Assembly (NCBI GenBank): GCA_020353515.1
Contig: CP070695.1
Span: 4,689,414 to 4,753,413 of the forward strand
Reading direction: 5' to 3'
Source: Candidatus Heimdallarchaeota archaeon
GTDB taxonomy: Archaea > Asgardarchaeota > Heimdallarchaeia > Hodarchaeales > Hodarchaeaceae
DNA length: 64,000 nucleotides
Shown here piece after piece: positions 41,722-52,068 of the stretch. Position 1 is the first letter of the stretch, and each line of letters opens with the position of its first letter. The notes beneath the pieces are model-generated. The model saw only the letters and a list, made by a program, of their open reading frames with translations, did no database searches and had not been told where the DNA came from. The translations under genes and the position numbers were made by a program.

Positions 41722-42159
41722 TTATTTCTTTTCTAACAAAGTTTGAATGTCAATTATAAAGAATTGAGATTCGTTGATGAATTCTTTAATGTTAATTGCT
41801 AGGAGAGAGCGTAAACTATATTGGCCATGAATTATCTTTAAAGTATCCAATGCTGTTCGTAAGCGGCGAGAAAATTCGAACTGAGATGGTATTAAACCCC
41901 TCTCTTCTAATGAATATATATCGGTAATTCTTTGTTCATAAGCTGCCATTGGTAGGAAAAGACTAGATTCCTCCATGTGGCTTTGAAATGATGTATCACT
42001 TAATCTACCCAGTTTTTCAATTAATGCGTCTGCTGCTACTATCATACTTAGGACAATCAACTTTATTGCAAAGAGCTTATCCAATGTTGACTTCGCATTT
42101 ACGTATGTTCGGATAGAACTATTCAGATACGTATATGAATCATCAAAAACTGATGCCAA
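41722..42159 (-). CDS. Hypothetical helical protein, weakly HEPN/PaREP1-like
   Basis: All-alpha pattern, AADALI...IIHGQY; no clear Rx4-6H. Confidence 0.4.
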   Translation of the reverse strand: MASVFDDSYTYLNSSIRTYVNAKSTLDKLFAIKLIVLSMIVAADALIEKLGRLSDTSFQSHMEESSLFLPMAAYEQRITDIYSLEERGLIPSQFEFSRRLRTALDTLKIIHGQYSLRSLLAINIKEFINESQFFIIDIQTLLEKK

Positions 42160-42323
42160 AAGACTATTCCAAACCTTTTTGCTTTTTCTAATTCCTAGGA
42201 AGACAAACTAGCTAAATTCACAAACATCTGAAAGTAATCTTGACGATAAATTTCGAGTATAGGAAAAACATCATTTAACTTTTAAGGCTGTTCAAAAGCA
42301 GATTAAAAATTAACTTCTACAAT

Positions 42324-42743
42324 TTATTCCCCAATAATAGTGACATATAATTGTCGTTTTCGTGATTTCACATCCAACTCCATGAAGGCGATTTGTTGCC
42401 AAGTCCCGTGAATGAGACGTCCTTGATTAATCGGAATTGTCAGAGAAGGTCCTAATAAAGATGCTCTAACATGTGAATGACCATTGCCATCATGCCATGT
42501 CTGTTCATGGAAATAGGCTAGAGATTTAGGTGCGATACGCTCTAAGAAGTCTGGTATATCACGAATAAGACCCGGTTCAAACTCGAGAGTTATAATAGCT
42601 CCTGTTGATCCCCCAACAAAAACTGTTACAATCCCTTTGGTTATTTTAGATTGACGAACCAGACGTTCCAACTCAGATGTTATGTCCACAATTTCGGTTT
42701 CATGCGTTTCTTTTAATAGTATCTCGGATTGATAGACCGTCAT
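42324..42743 (-). CDS. yjbQ: YjbQ-family protein
   Basis: DIT, NGHSHVRASLLGPS, GTWQ, ELD. Confidence 0.92.
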   Translation of the reverse strand: MTVYQSEILLKETHETEIVDITSELERLVRQSKITKGIVTVFVGGSTGAIITLEFEPGLIRDIPDFLERIAPKSLAYFHEQTWHDGNGHSHVRASLLGPSLTIPINQGRLIHGTWQQIAFMELDVKSRKRQLYVTIIGE

Positions 42744-42860
42744 ACATTTTACCTCATTTCTGTTTGATTATTGATAATAATTTATAAATATAAGTCAAAA
42801 TATTTGGAAGAATCTAAATTAATACTCTCTTTTTTTATTTAGGGTCAATTTCTTGAATTT

Positions 42861-45299
42861 TTACTCTTCGTTGATTATTGTGACTGTGAATGATTGCCTC
42901 GTACTATACCCAAGTACATCATAAACGGTAACAACAACAAGATATTTCCCAGGATTAGAGTATTCATGAGTTATAGACGCTTGAACATTTCTCAAAACCT
43001 TCTTTCCCCTCATTTCACGATAGGAATACCACTTTGCTTCAAATTGTCCGTTCTGATGATCCCAATCTATTGCCCAAAAATCAATGAAGTTAATAAAATC
43101 ATGAGTTATTCTTATATCTATGGGTTTGCTCAGACTAAAGGCTACAATGGTTATCTTTAGCTTTCTTCCTACAACTTTTGTTTCTAATCTAACCATTGGA
43201 TTTGTCATTTCACCTTTCGGTGTATGAGAAGGAGAAAGGGAATCTGATGAATCTATCGTATTTAAAATTTCGAAGGGCATATTATTGGGGATCTTCAGAA
43301 GTCTCTTCCTTACTTCATGTATTGAATATTTACCAATGTCAACCCCTACCCACATTCTTCCCAACTTCTCTGCAACTGCAAGTGCAGTTCCAGATCCACA
43401 GAAGAAATCAGCAATTATATCCCCTTTTTCAGTAGAAATTTCTATAATTCGTGTTAAAAGAGCTTCAGAATTTTCAGTTGGATATAAAGTCTTCTTTAGT
43501 TTTTCATAACCTGCGATGTCAATCCAGAGATTGTCACTGGAATACTGTATTTCTGCTGTATCCTGGTTCTTTCTTCTCTTTTTTTTAATTGTTGATGACT
43601 TTAATTGCGCTGATTCACTGTTTTGATAAGCAAAAACTGAATCTGAATGTACTATCAAATGTGTCTGATTATAGGCTTGTTTTAATGATAAATTTTTCTT
43701 CATTCTTCGCACTAAAAACTCATTGACAAAGTTTTGAGAGCCAAAAACTTCGTCTAAAACCATTCTAGCATAATGACCAAAATGGTAATCAAAGCGCACA
43801 AAAATAAGCCCATCATCCTGAAGAAGGGATCTCATCGGTTGAATACGCTTCTTAAACCATTGTTTAAAGAATTCAATAGGATCTGGAACCTCAATGACAT
43901 TTTTATAAGCCAAGTCCTCAATCGGAAAGACAATATTCTCTCCAGCGTTAAATTCCTGCCCTTCTGATAAACCAATGGGAATTATAATTTTTTCATTTGC
44001 TCCAGTGAAAAAGGGAGGATCGATATATATTATTTTCAGTTTTTTTTGTATTTTCTGATTCAAGCACGGTAATACTTCAAAAACATCCCCTAAAATCAAC
44101 ATATTCGCCCATTCATCAGATTTTTCTTTATTAGAGCTTGAAATTTGACCTAGATACCTTTCAATTAACTTCAGTGAAAATCTATTCGTAGAAGAAAAAT
44201 CGTTTACTGTGTCAATGGCATCATTTTTGGGATAAAGAGAGAGTGGAAAATCAGGTAAAGATTCACAATTATACGCAGAAAAGAATGTTCCTTTATCCTT
44301 AAGTAATTCCATTATAAGTTTAAAGGCGTATTGATCTTCCTCTAATCCTATCCATTTCAATCTCAATTGCTCTGCAATTATTAAAGACATTCCTAGATTA
44401 GTAGATAGATCTAAAAAGAGTTCCTGCTCATTTAAACACATTCTAAGCAGTCTTGTGTAAAAATCTGAAGAACTTGTAAAATATTTATTCACCCATTGAT
44501 AGCTGCAAATATCTAGCCAGTTAGAGTCAATAATCTGTCCCTTTTTTTGGGGAACCCAGTATTCAGGATTCCCCTTCCTATTCAATCGGATCTGACCTTT
44601 TGTACATAAATCAAGAATAGCCTCCTGTTTCAATTTCCAATGAGTTCCTGGGGGAGGCGTTAAAATAATCTCCCCAATGTCTTCAAAAATAAATTTTTTA
44701 GGATTACCCTGTCCTTTAGAGACAAAAGAATGCCAATACCCACCACTTTCTTTTTCATTTAACACAGGATTAATTCGCGGATTAAGATTTTGAGAATAAA
44801 GGAGAATAAAATTGGTTCTTTCAAACACTGTAGAATTGGGGGTGTACCAAACTTTATAGGGAGAATCAATTATTATTTCATTAACAAACCGATCAGAACC
44901 AAAGATGACATCCATTCTAGATTTCAAACCTGACTTTATTGTCCCATTTACCTTGATTGCGATGAATCCCTCCTCATGTAACACTAGTTTGCACCTATCT
45001 AGCAACTGTTGAGTTTTTCTCCAGAATTCGTTATTAATTTCCTTTTTTTCAGGTAATTTGGAATATTCTTCTCTTCTTTCCATTACAATTTCTTTGATAT
45101 CTTCGACCAGCTCTATTTTTGTTGGCTGATAATACATTGATAGATCCAAAAAGATTAACCGAGGATTTAAGCTCTTAAAAAATGATTTAAGATTCTCAAG
45201 GATATTGATTTTCGATCCTAATAGAATTAACTTATTGGTATCTTCAGGATGATTATCTTCTAAATGTTTAATCTCTGTCATTGATGAAGCGTGGATCAT
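42861..45299 (-). CDS. Type III Mod-like DNA methyltransferase with tandem degenerate and active MTase domains
   Basis: C-half IYIDPPF and DFFCGSGT; N-half aligned IFLDLSM and DLSTNLGM; Mod-type C-terminal domain (FWAIDWD...VYDVLG). Confidence 0.88.
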   Translation of the reverse strand: MIHASSMTEIKHLEDNHPEDTNKLILLGSKINILENLKSFFKSLNPRLIFLDLSMYYQPTKIELVEDIKEIVMERREEYSKLPEKKEINNEFWRKTQQLLDRCKLVLHEEGFIAIKVNGTIKSGLKSRMDVIFGSDRFVNEIIIDSPYKVWYTPNSTVFERTNFILLYSQNLNPRINPVLNEKESGGYWHSFVSKGQGNPKKFIFEDIGEIILTPPPGTHWKLKQEAILDLCTKGQIRLNRKGNPEYWVPQKKGQIIDSNWLDICSYQWVNKYFTSSSDFYTRLLRMCLNEQELFLDLSTNLGMSLIIAEQLRLKWIGLEEDQYAFKLIMELLKDKGTFFSAYNCESLPDFPLSLYPKNDAIDTVNDFSSTNRFSLKLIERYLGQISSSNKEKSDEWANMLILGDVFEVLPCLNQKIQKKLKIIYIDPPFFTGANEKIIIPIGLSEGQEFNAGENIVFPIEDLAYKNVIEVPDPIEFFKQWFKKRIQPMRSLLQDDGLIFVRFDYHFGHYARMVLDEVFGSQNFVNEFLVRRMKKNLSLKQAYNQTHLIVHSDSVFAYQNSESAQLKSSTIKKKRRKNQDTAEIQYSSDNLWIDIAGYEKLKKTLYPTENSEALLTRIIEISTEKGDIIADFFCGSGTALAVAEKLGRMWVGVDIGKYSIHEVRKRLLKIPNNMPFEILNTIDSSDSLSPSHTPKGEMTNPMVRLETKVVGRKLKITIVAFSLSKPIDIRITHDFINFIDFWAIDWDHQNGQFEAKWYSYREMRGKKVLRNVQASITHEYSNPGKYLVVVTVYDVLGYSTRQSFTVTIINEE

Positions 45300-45318
45300 T
45301 GGTTAATCCAATACCAAT

Positions 45319-46599
45319 TTAATTTATTTCATCATTTATTGCCATCAAAATCCTTTTACTGCTTTTTAAATATAATGTTAAAGCTAGTGTTCCTAATAAA
45401 ATCACTAAACTGGATACTAAAAAAGCAATACGATACGCAACGACTGTTGGCTCCCCTAAGAATATCAATAGATCTGCTACAGGCCCTCCTACAATGAATC
45501 CAGCTAATCCCCACCCTGTAGCCAATGTAATGTTAAAAACAGCAAATCCTGTACCCCTTAATTCGTCAGGTAACAAATCTGCTGTATAAGCAAAAGAAAC
45601 GCTCTGTAATAAAGAAGAACATCCACCTAAAAGCGAGTAGATGATTGCGATAATGAGGAATGGCTGGTTTCCTAATAAAAAGAAAAGGAAATAACATATT
45701 CCTGCCCCAAATCCAGTAAGTACAACTATGGGGATTCTACCAATTTTATCCGAAATTCTTCCCCCAATAGGAGCAATGAGTCCTCCTGTTAAAGAAAAGA
45801 GAATAAGTAAATAACTAATAAAAGTGTTATCAAAGCTTAAGCCAGTTGGATCATTAGAATAATAGAGAAATATTTGGGTACTAGATGAAATTCCAATTAC
45901 TAATAATCCAATACATAGAATAAAAATTAAATACGAGCGGTTGGTTAATAACTCACGAATAGCCTTAGAAACTATTGTAGTTCGATCAAAATCGATCTTC
46001 TCGACTTGAGGTGAAAATTGAATAACCGTTGCACACAAGATCATCAAGATTACAACTACATAAAAGATCGTTCCTTCACTAAATCCTAGTCCATCACGAT
46101 AAAGAAGTCCGCTTAATAAGAAACCCACAATTTGTCCAATTAACCCAAATCCGTCTATAAAACCAACGAGTTGTCCACGTTGGTTTCCTTCTGTAGCCTG
46201 TGCAACAAGAAATCTTACTCCTAAATCGCTCATAGACCAAAATATTTCGAGAATTGATAAGAGAATTATCATAAGAAAAGCAGCACCAATTTTAGATCCC
46301 AATTCTAGGAGAAAATAATGTCCAATGAATGCAAGAAGGTATGTAAACGCTGCAATCAATTCTCCACGAACAACATATGGTCTAGCTAAAGAAGGACGAT
46401 CATTAAGTCGTGGACCCCAAAGCTTGAGTTGCCCAAATGTCGATCCAATTAGATTGGCAGTCCCTAGTAAGGCAGCAAGAGTGTTTGGTAACCCTAGGAA
46501 TGTTCTAAGATAGAGATAAAAGAAGGCGTAAAAGACAGCTCGTCTTAAGAATGAAATGAATTGAAAAATGCCAATTGGAAAAATAGTTCGAATACTCAA
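45319..46599 (-). CDS. MFS transporter
   Basis: 12 TM pattern, GRISDKIGR. Confidence 0.88.
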   Translation of the reverse strand: MSIRTIFPIGIFQFISFLRRAVFYAFFYLYLRTFLGLPNTLAALLGTANLIGSTFGQLKLWGPRLNDRPSLARPYVVRGELIAAFTYLLAFIGHYFLLELGSKIGAAFLMIILLSILEIFWSMSDLGVRFLVAQATEGNQRGQLVGFIDGFGLIGQIVGFLLSGLLYRDGLGFSEGTIFYVVVILMILCATVIQFSPQVEKIDFDRTTIVSKAIRELLTNRSYLIFILCIGLLVIGISSSTQIFLYYSNDPTGLSFDNTFISYLLILFSLTGGLIAPIGGRISDKIGRIPIVVLTGFGAGICYFLFFLLGNQPFLIIAIIYSLLGGCSSLLQSVSFAYTADLLPDELRGTGFAVFNITLATGWGLAGFIVGGPVADLLIFLGEPTVVAYRIAFLVSSLVILLGTLALTLYLKSSKRILMAINDEIN

Positions 46600-46726
46600 T
46601 ATGACCCCTACTATTCCAAAATAATCTAGAGGTCGTTTTTTGTATTTTTCGCTCTTTATGTAATTATCATGTTTAAATTCGCCAATAGGACTCTTTTTTG
46701 ATCTGAGGGATGTTAAAAATTAGGTT

Positions 46727-48328
46727 TTACAATATTAATGACTTCTTCTTTATCCATAATTTATAATAGATGAGTAGAATTAGTCCAATCTGAAATCCAA
46801 TAAGTGAAATTTCAGTTGTTGAAGAAGAAGTTAATGTTGGTTCTCTTGGTATACCAGATAGTATCTCTTCTATTTGTTCAACTTGAATAATTGAGTTCCA
46901 ATCTGAACTGAATGTTATTCTATAGAGTCCACCTTCAGCAAAATAATGAATTGGGTATTCAGAACCATACAAAAACTTTAAAGTAGTTTTAGCACCTATA
47001 GGGATAATTATTTGTCGGTTATGATAATAAAATCTAAAAACATCAGCAGGAAAAGGTTCTCCACTAAAAGCGTTACATCGTTTCGGAATTAATAATCCCC
47101 CACCATCTTGAGGAGAGATTCCCATGAGAAATAAAGTCATACAACCTTCAGTAGTAGCATAATCAGTGTACACAGGTTTTTCTGCGGCCAATGTAAACCT
47201 AAATGTTTCAGAATCGTACAATCCTGCCTCGGGTCTTAATAGAGCTTGCCATGCCTGGATGACTTTTTCTCCTTCAAGCATCCTTTGCATGTGAAGTTTA
47301 TTTGTTTTATTAAAATGAGCGAAATACGTATGCAATAACATCCAAGCATCAAGGGTTCCAAATAATTCCCTTCGATTTGACCCCTTACTATGAACGACAA
47401 CATTAGCTCTCCATTGATGAGAATCCCATGAATTAACTAAATATCGATTTTGCAGATCTATATAGACCCTATCCCAATTTTGAAGGGTTCCGTTTAACCT
47501 ACGGAGTTTATCAAAATTAAAAAATACTTCAATTGCATCCCATTCCCAGGTTTTCCAACTTCTTGCATAATCGTAACCATTTTTGTGTTCATTCCAATAA
47601 TAAGTATTTAGATCCAACCATTCCTGGAACGCATATTCTAAGGCTTCTTCTAGGCTTGTTTCGTTGAACAATATTGTAAAACAATTAGCAAGATTTGCTG
47701 TACTCATCCATCTTGTATTAAACAAGTCTTTAGTTGAATTAGTATCAGGATTACACTCATAAAAAGCTCTAGAATTGGTAATCCTACAGTTTCTTAATCC
47801 CTCAAAAGCTGATGTAGCATTCCATTTTTCAGTTAAATAATTCAATTCTTTGGCATATCGATAACCATATAGAGTATATTGCCTCCACATATTAAAATAA
47901 TGGTCACTTTGCGTCACTGGTAACGAATAATTCTCAAACATTGGTGTCTGGTTCAATGCCCATTTAACAACTTCATCAATCATGAGTGGAGAATAGTTCA
48001 ACAATTCTGAATATCTCTTTGTATAAATTATTCCCTGCCAATCGTTATTTGACTGGTATTTGGTTAAGATTTTTGTGAGATCTGAAACGTTTACTTTTCC
48101 AAGCACTATTCCTCTAGCAAAGACATTCATATCGGAAGTCCAATCTGTTATTGTATTCGTTGATAAAAAAATCTTATCTGCTAAAATATCTGATTTTAGC
48201 TTATATTGAGGATTAATATCCGTTTCACAATTGATCTGGGATTTTGAAATTTCAACAATGAAGGCAAATCCAACAATAAGGGTTACTGAATACAAAAAAA
48301 GGTATTGTTTTAACTTCAGTAGTTTCAT
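46727..48328 (-). CDS. Secreted, C-terminally anchored aromatic-rich protein, possible (alpha/alpha)6 glycoside hydrolase-like fold
   Basis: Signal peptide, Trp/Tyr-rich helical body (YYWNE..GY), Thr/Ser linker, GF+TM+basic tail. Confidence 0.55.
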   Translation of the reverse strand: MKLLKLKQYLFLYSVTLIVGFAFIVEISKSQINCETDINPQYKLKSDILADKIFLSTNTITDWTSDMNVFARGIVLGKVNVSDLTKILTKYQSNNDWQGIIYTKRYSELLNYSPLMIDEVVKWALNQTPMFENYSLPVTQSDHYFNMWRQYTLYGYRYAKELNYLTEKWNATSAFEGLRNCRITNSRAFYECNPDTNSTKDLFNTRWMSTANLANCFTILFNETSLEEALEYAFQEWLDLNTYYWNEHKNGYDYARSWKTWEWDAIEVFFNFDKLRRLNGTLQNWDRVYIDLQNRYLVNSWDSHQWRANVVVHSKGSNRRELFGTLDAWMLLHTYFAHFNKTNKLHMQRMLEGEKVIQAWQALLRPEAGLYDSETFRFTLAAEKPVYTDYATTEGCMTLFLMGISPQDGGGLLIPKRCNAFSGEPFPADVFRFYYHNRQIIIPIGAKTTLKFLYGSEYPIHYFAEGGLYRITFSSDWNSIIQVEQIEEILSGIPREPTLTSSSTTEISLIGFQIGLILLIYYKLWIKKKSLIL

Positions 48329-48402
48329 TTGTTAACTGACCTTAATACAGAAAGAATCTTTTTCTATCTCTTGTTATTACGTGTGTAGGGAAAATATCTG
48401 TT

Positions 48403-49476
48403 TCAAGATAAAATTGAATTAAGAGACAAATTTTTAGATTCTTTTGATTTAACGACGTTATTTAGAGATGTTTTAAAAGATAAAGCAGCCCAATAGTTAA
48501 AAATCAGTCTAAGATTTCCTGAAGTTCGTAATAGGAGCTCCAAATCATAAACTGAAGGTTGAGTTTTTTTATCCCTTAATTTCTCTAGTAGTTTTCCAAT
48601 TGTAGGCAAATCTTTCTCCATTTTATTTTTTAGCCGTTTCGGTTGATTATCGGGGAGGAGTAAAGCATCAAGGTTCTCCAATCCTCCTGATTTATTATCG
48701 ATTTCTTGAAGGATTTTGATAACTATATCTTTTTCAAATCCTTCACTAATTCTATGATGTGTTCCCCGCCATTTTGTCAAATTTCCCACTCCACGTTCAC
48801 CGCCTTTCGGTAAAAGCACCATATTTGACCCTGTGATACGCCAACGAGCAGAATCACTTCCATCGACTTTTTCTGCAAGTTTGTTGATAAGACTAGGTGC
48901 TCCTACTCCCAAAGCCCAAATTTTAACTTTTTCTAAAGCATCATACTGTCTTAGGATTGTCTTCAATTCATCGAGGACTGGAAATAATCGATTTGCGTGT
49001 CCTCCTCCTTTCCTCATCAAAGGAACAAGACGGCCAATGAAAAACCATTCAGGAAAACCCTCATTCAAGATAATTTCTCTCAATATTTCAACTCTGTCAT
49101 AAGGAACAACAGGTTGCACTTCTAAGGAGTATAGTTCTCTATAGTTTACTAAAATCTTGTCATCAGGAAAATCCAAAGTTATTTTTAGAATAGATGGATC
49201 CTGTTTAGTTATTTCTTGATATATCCTCTTCAATTCGTCTATGTCTAGATCTATCTTTTTTTTTCTATTTAATGCCGAGAAAGCACCAGAATCAAGTAAG
49301 ATTTTACCATCCCATCCAAGAGTATCATGAATCCCCTTTTTTACTACCTTTTGAAACAATCTAGGAGAACTAAAGAAGTCTATTGCGGATATCATCAATG
49401 CATCTGGTTTCAATGCCCAATCGTAAGTCCAAGGGCGAAATATCGCATTGATAGGAGTGCCAATAGCAAAGATCAT
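48403..49476 (-). CDS. TGT/DpdA-like transglycosylase paralog 1
   Basis: LLDSGAFS, ITLDFP, PVV, IGRLVP, WALGVG, GSDSARW; no Zn-binding cysteines, no PUA domain. Confidence 0.78.
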   Translation of the reverse strand: MIFAIGTPINAIFRPWTYDWALKPDALMISAIDFFSSPRLFQKVVKKGIHDTLGWDGKILLDSGAFSALNRKKKIDLDIDELKRIYQEITKQDPSILKITLDFPDDKILVNYRELYSLEVQPVVPYDRVEILREIILNEGFPEWFFIGRLVPLMRKGGGHANRLFPVLDELKTILRQYDALEKVKIWALGVGAPSLINKLAEKVDGSDSARWRITGSNMVLLPKGGERGVGNLTKWRGTHHRISEGFEKDIVIKILQEIDNKSGGLENLDALLLPDNQPKRLKNKMEKDLPTIGKLLEKLRDKKTQPSVYDLELLLRTSGNLRLIFNYWAALSFKTSLNNVVKSKESKNLSLNSILS

Positions 49477-49485
49477 TATTGTACC

Positions 49486-50010
49486 TCAAAATAGGAAATC
49501 TTCAAGGGATTTGGTTCTTGACAAATTCTCCAAGAATCGCACTAATTTTTGTTGTCCAACCCCAAGTCCACCCATATTTTCCACTATAATTTTTGTATCT
49601 ATATGAGTTTTTAAACCTTCAATAGCCTTTAAGTAGGTTTTTCCCATTAATATATAGATGTAGTCAAATTCCTCCTCTTTATTCCATCTGATTACCTCTT
49701 GGATTACCTGTGAATTATGTTTTCTAGCAAGATTTTCAGTCATTTTCAGATCATAATCTTTAATTAAATCAGTACTCCTAAGGAAGCCATATTTCGCAGA
49801 TACTATCCCTAAAAATAGGTGGGAACTCCATCTCCCCTCACGCTTAGCTTTCCTAATTACCTGAAACATTGGGCCTTTATAGGCCTCTGATGCACGTATT
49901 TCACGATTCTGTAACTCCAAGGCTTTTTTCTTACCACATGATATGATAAGTAAGACTTTTGGCTTTTTCAACAGAAGTACTCTCAAAAATAAAATATCTC
50001 TAAAGGTCAA
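49486..50010 (-). CDS. DUF6884-like protein
   Basis: LLIISCGKKK, A.EAYKGPMF, IVSAKYGFL, YDLKM, MGKTY, GLGVGQQ; real start possibly TTG 49971. Confidence 0.75.
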   Translation of the reverse strand: MTFRDILFLRVLLLKKPKVLLIISCGKKKALELQNREIRASEAYKGPMFQVIRKAKREGRWSSHLFLGIVSAKYGFLRSTDLIKDYDLKMTENLARKHNSQVIQEVIRWNKEEEFDYIYILMGKTYLKAIEGLKTHIDTKIIVENMGGLGVGQQKLVRFLENLSRTKSLEDFLF

Positions 50011-50909
50011 GATAACATTTTTTGGAGTCGTTCAGCATATTGATTACTTTTCTCATCGGCACCTGTAATTTTAATGCCTGATGGCTCTTGAACTCCTAAT
50101 TTTAGCTCTACAGCTCTTGCTATCTGTTCTTGTTCAAATACAGGGCCATTTGCTACTTCAGGTGTTGTACCAAGATCACGAAGGATTGTTACACCCACAG
50201 CATCAATAGCTATTCGATCTGTCCCTGCTAACATCACATGAGGATGTTCAAGTTTTCCTCTTGCTGGTCCTCCTTCAACAAAAGCGTCTATACCATCCAA
50301 AATCACTAATGTAGGAGTGTAAATCTGATTAATTTCAGCGATAAGTTTTCGCTGATGTGGAGAGGAATGAAGTTCACGCATGAATTCATAACCTTGTCGG
50401 GGGACAAAACCGACCGCTAATTTCAGTGAGAAAGTAAAATGTCCTCCAAATTGATGTGTTTTAAGACAGGGTAACGCAATAATAGCGTCTACACTTTGAA
50501 TGAATTTAGGAAAGAGAAAACCATTTTTCCAATTAGAATCACTCTGTTGGACTGGCTGAAACTGAATCCACTCTGAGTGAGGTAAGGAGGATAAATCTAG
50601 AATATCAAAACCTCCAATCTCTTTCTGTAGGGCAAATAATCCTTTGGTTTCCATAGTATCATGCGTATCTGCTGGGCCAGCTCGCTCTACAACAGTAATT
50701 TTCTTTACTCCACAAATCTTAAGGTGAGTGATTAATACTCGAATAATCTCAATATCTGTCGAAGCAGGGGGAGGGTCTGCTGTATTAAAATTGGGCTTAA
50801 TAGCGACTCTTTTACCTTTTAAAGCCTCAAAAAGAGACTTATAATAAGAGAAAATTATTTTCATCCCTTTGATTCTGTCATCAGTTTTAACAAGGAAGAC
50901 TTCAGTCAT
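50007..50909 (-). CDS. DUF362 family protein
   Basis: VAIKPN, LKTH...TFSLKL.VG, ILDG..EGGP, D.IAID. Confidence 0.88.
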   Translation of the reverse strand: MTEVFLVKTDDRIKGMKIIFSYYKSLFEALKGKRVAIKPNFNTADPPPASTDIEIIRVLITHLKICGVKKITVVERAGPADTHDTMETKGLFALQKEIGGFDILDLSSLPHSEWIQFQPVQQSDSNWKNGFLFPKFIQSVDAIIALPCLKTHQFGGHFTFSLKLAVGFVPRQGYEFMRELHSSPHQRKLIAEINQIYTPTLVILDGIDAFVEGGPARGKLEHPHVMLAGTDRIAIDAVGVTILRDLGTTPEVANGPVFEQEQIARAVELKLGVQEPSGIKITGADEKSNQYAERLQKMLS

Positions 50910-51036
50910 CTTAGAACCACCTGGTCTGTAAAATCTGTTATGAACACTTATCCCCTTAAATTAATAAGTTGCTAGAATTCCCTTATGAGAACTAATCATC
51001 AATATCTAGATTATTAGGTGTATCGAGGTAGTACCT

Positions 51037-51972
51037 TTGCGCTTATATTTAGGCGTTGTTCCAGGAATTTTTCCATGGTTGAAGGAGGACATTATTCACA
51101 AAAATATGACACGTATTTATGCAGGAGTTATTTTTTCATACTGGTCATTTCGAAAAAAAATCCAAAATATAATCTCGAAAGGACTTCATGATTATTTTTC
51201 TTTTGATGGACCTATTATGGTAGATTCTGGGGCTTATAGTGCCTTTAATTCTGGTGTAAATATTGACATTGACGATTATTTGTCTTTTATATCGAAAATT
51301 GATATGAAAGACGATGATACTATTGTTAATCTTGATGTGATTCAAAATCCAAGAAAGTCAAAACAGAATTGGAGATACTTAACGAATAAGTTGGATATCA
51401 ACGTTTTGCCAGTGATTCATCTACCTGAAGCAGGAAATTCATATTTCTCTGAAGATTATATAGGACTGGGTGGGATGGTGCCAGCATTCAAAATAAATCA
51501 AACTGGGAGTGTGAAAAATGTAGCTGCTTGGTTGGTTTCATTAGATCAGACCGTAAACAAAAAGTATCATGGATTTGGTGTTGGAAGTCCATATCATCAA
51601 ATTGCATTTCTTGACTTCCTTTATTCGGTAGATTGGATTGGTTGGCGAAGGAATGCAGCAGTCTGTTCATGTTACACCCCTGAAGGATCAATTTATATTC
51701 ATGAGGCTCGTAAAAAGAAAAAGAAGGGAAGAAGAATTACAGAGGAGATATTTAATCTTTATGCTCCCCCATTCATCGATTCATACGAGATGTTATATCG
51801 AGAGGGCACAGAGGGGTGGGTAAATCGTGCATTGTGGAATGTATGGTGGTTTCTACTTGCAAAAGACTATAAAGGTCAAATTGAAGTCTCTAGCTATGTT
51901 CTTTCTTTGAAAAAAACAATTCGTCAAACAGAACTGGAATATAGGACAATGGATCTTGGTCAATTCTTATGA
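51037..51972 (+). CDS. TGT/DpdA-like transglycosylase paralog 2
   Basis: MVDSGAYS, VNLDVI, LPVIH, IGLGGMVP, YHGFGVG, YSVDWIGW; no Zn site. Confidence 0.8.
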   Translation: MRLYLGVVPGIFPWLKEDIIHKNMTRIYAGVIFSYWSFRKKIQNIISKGLHDYFSFDGPIMVDSGAYSAFNSGVNIDIDDYLSFISKIDMKDDDTIVNLDVIQNPRKSKQNWRYLTNKLDINVLPVIHLPEAGNSYFSEDYIGLGGMVPAFKINQTGSVKNVAAWLVSLDQTVNKKYHGFGVGSPYHQIAFLDFLYSVDWIGWRRNAAVCSCYTPEGSIYIHEARKKKKKGRRITEEIFNLYAPPFIDSYEMLYREGTEGWVNRALWNVWWFLLAKDYKGQIEVSSYVLSLKKTIRQTELEYRTMDLGQFL

Positions 51973-52068
51973 GAGATTAAAATGAATGACAACCTTGAAA
52001 TATATTCCCAAGTATCAAGTAGTATATTTCACTTGAAACCGTCAATTAGTCTTTATCATACATCGTTA

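Noticed and set aside
41722-42159. HEPN toxin or restriction nuclease partner of the Mod gene
   Set aside because: No clear Rx4-6H or PD-(D/E)xK motif, and it is separated from the Mod gene by yjbQ
48403-51972. Calling the TGT-like genes canonical tgtA/arcS or queuine tgt
   Set aside because: They lack the Zn-binding motif and the C-terminal/PUA domains, and have DSGA(F/Y)S rather than DSGG(F/Y)Q
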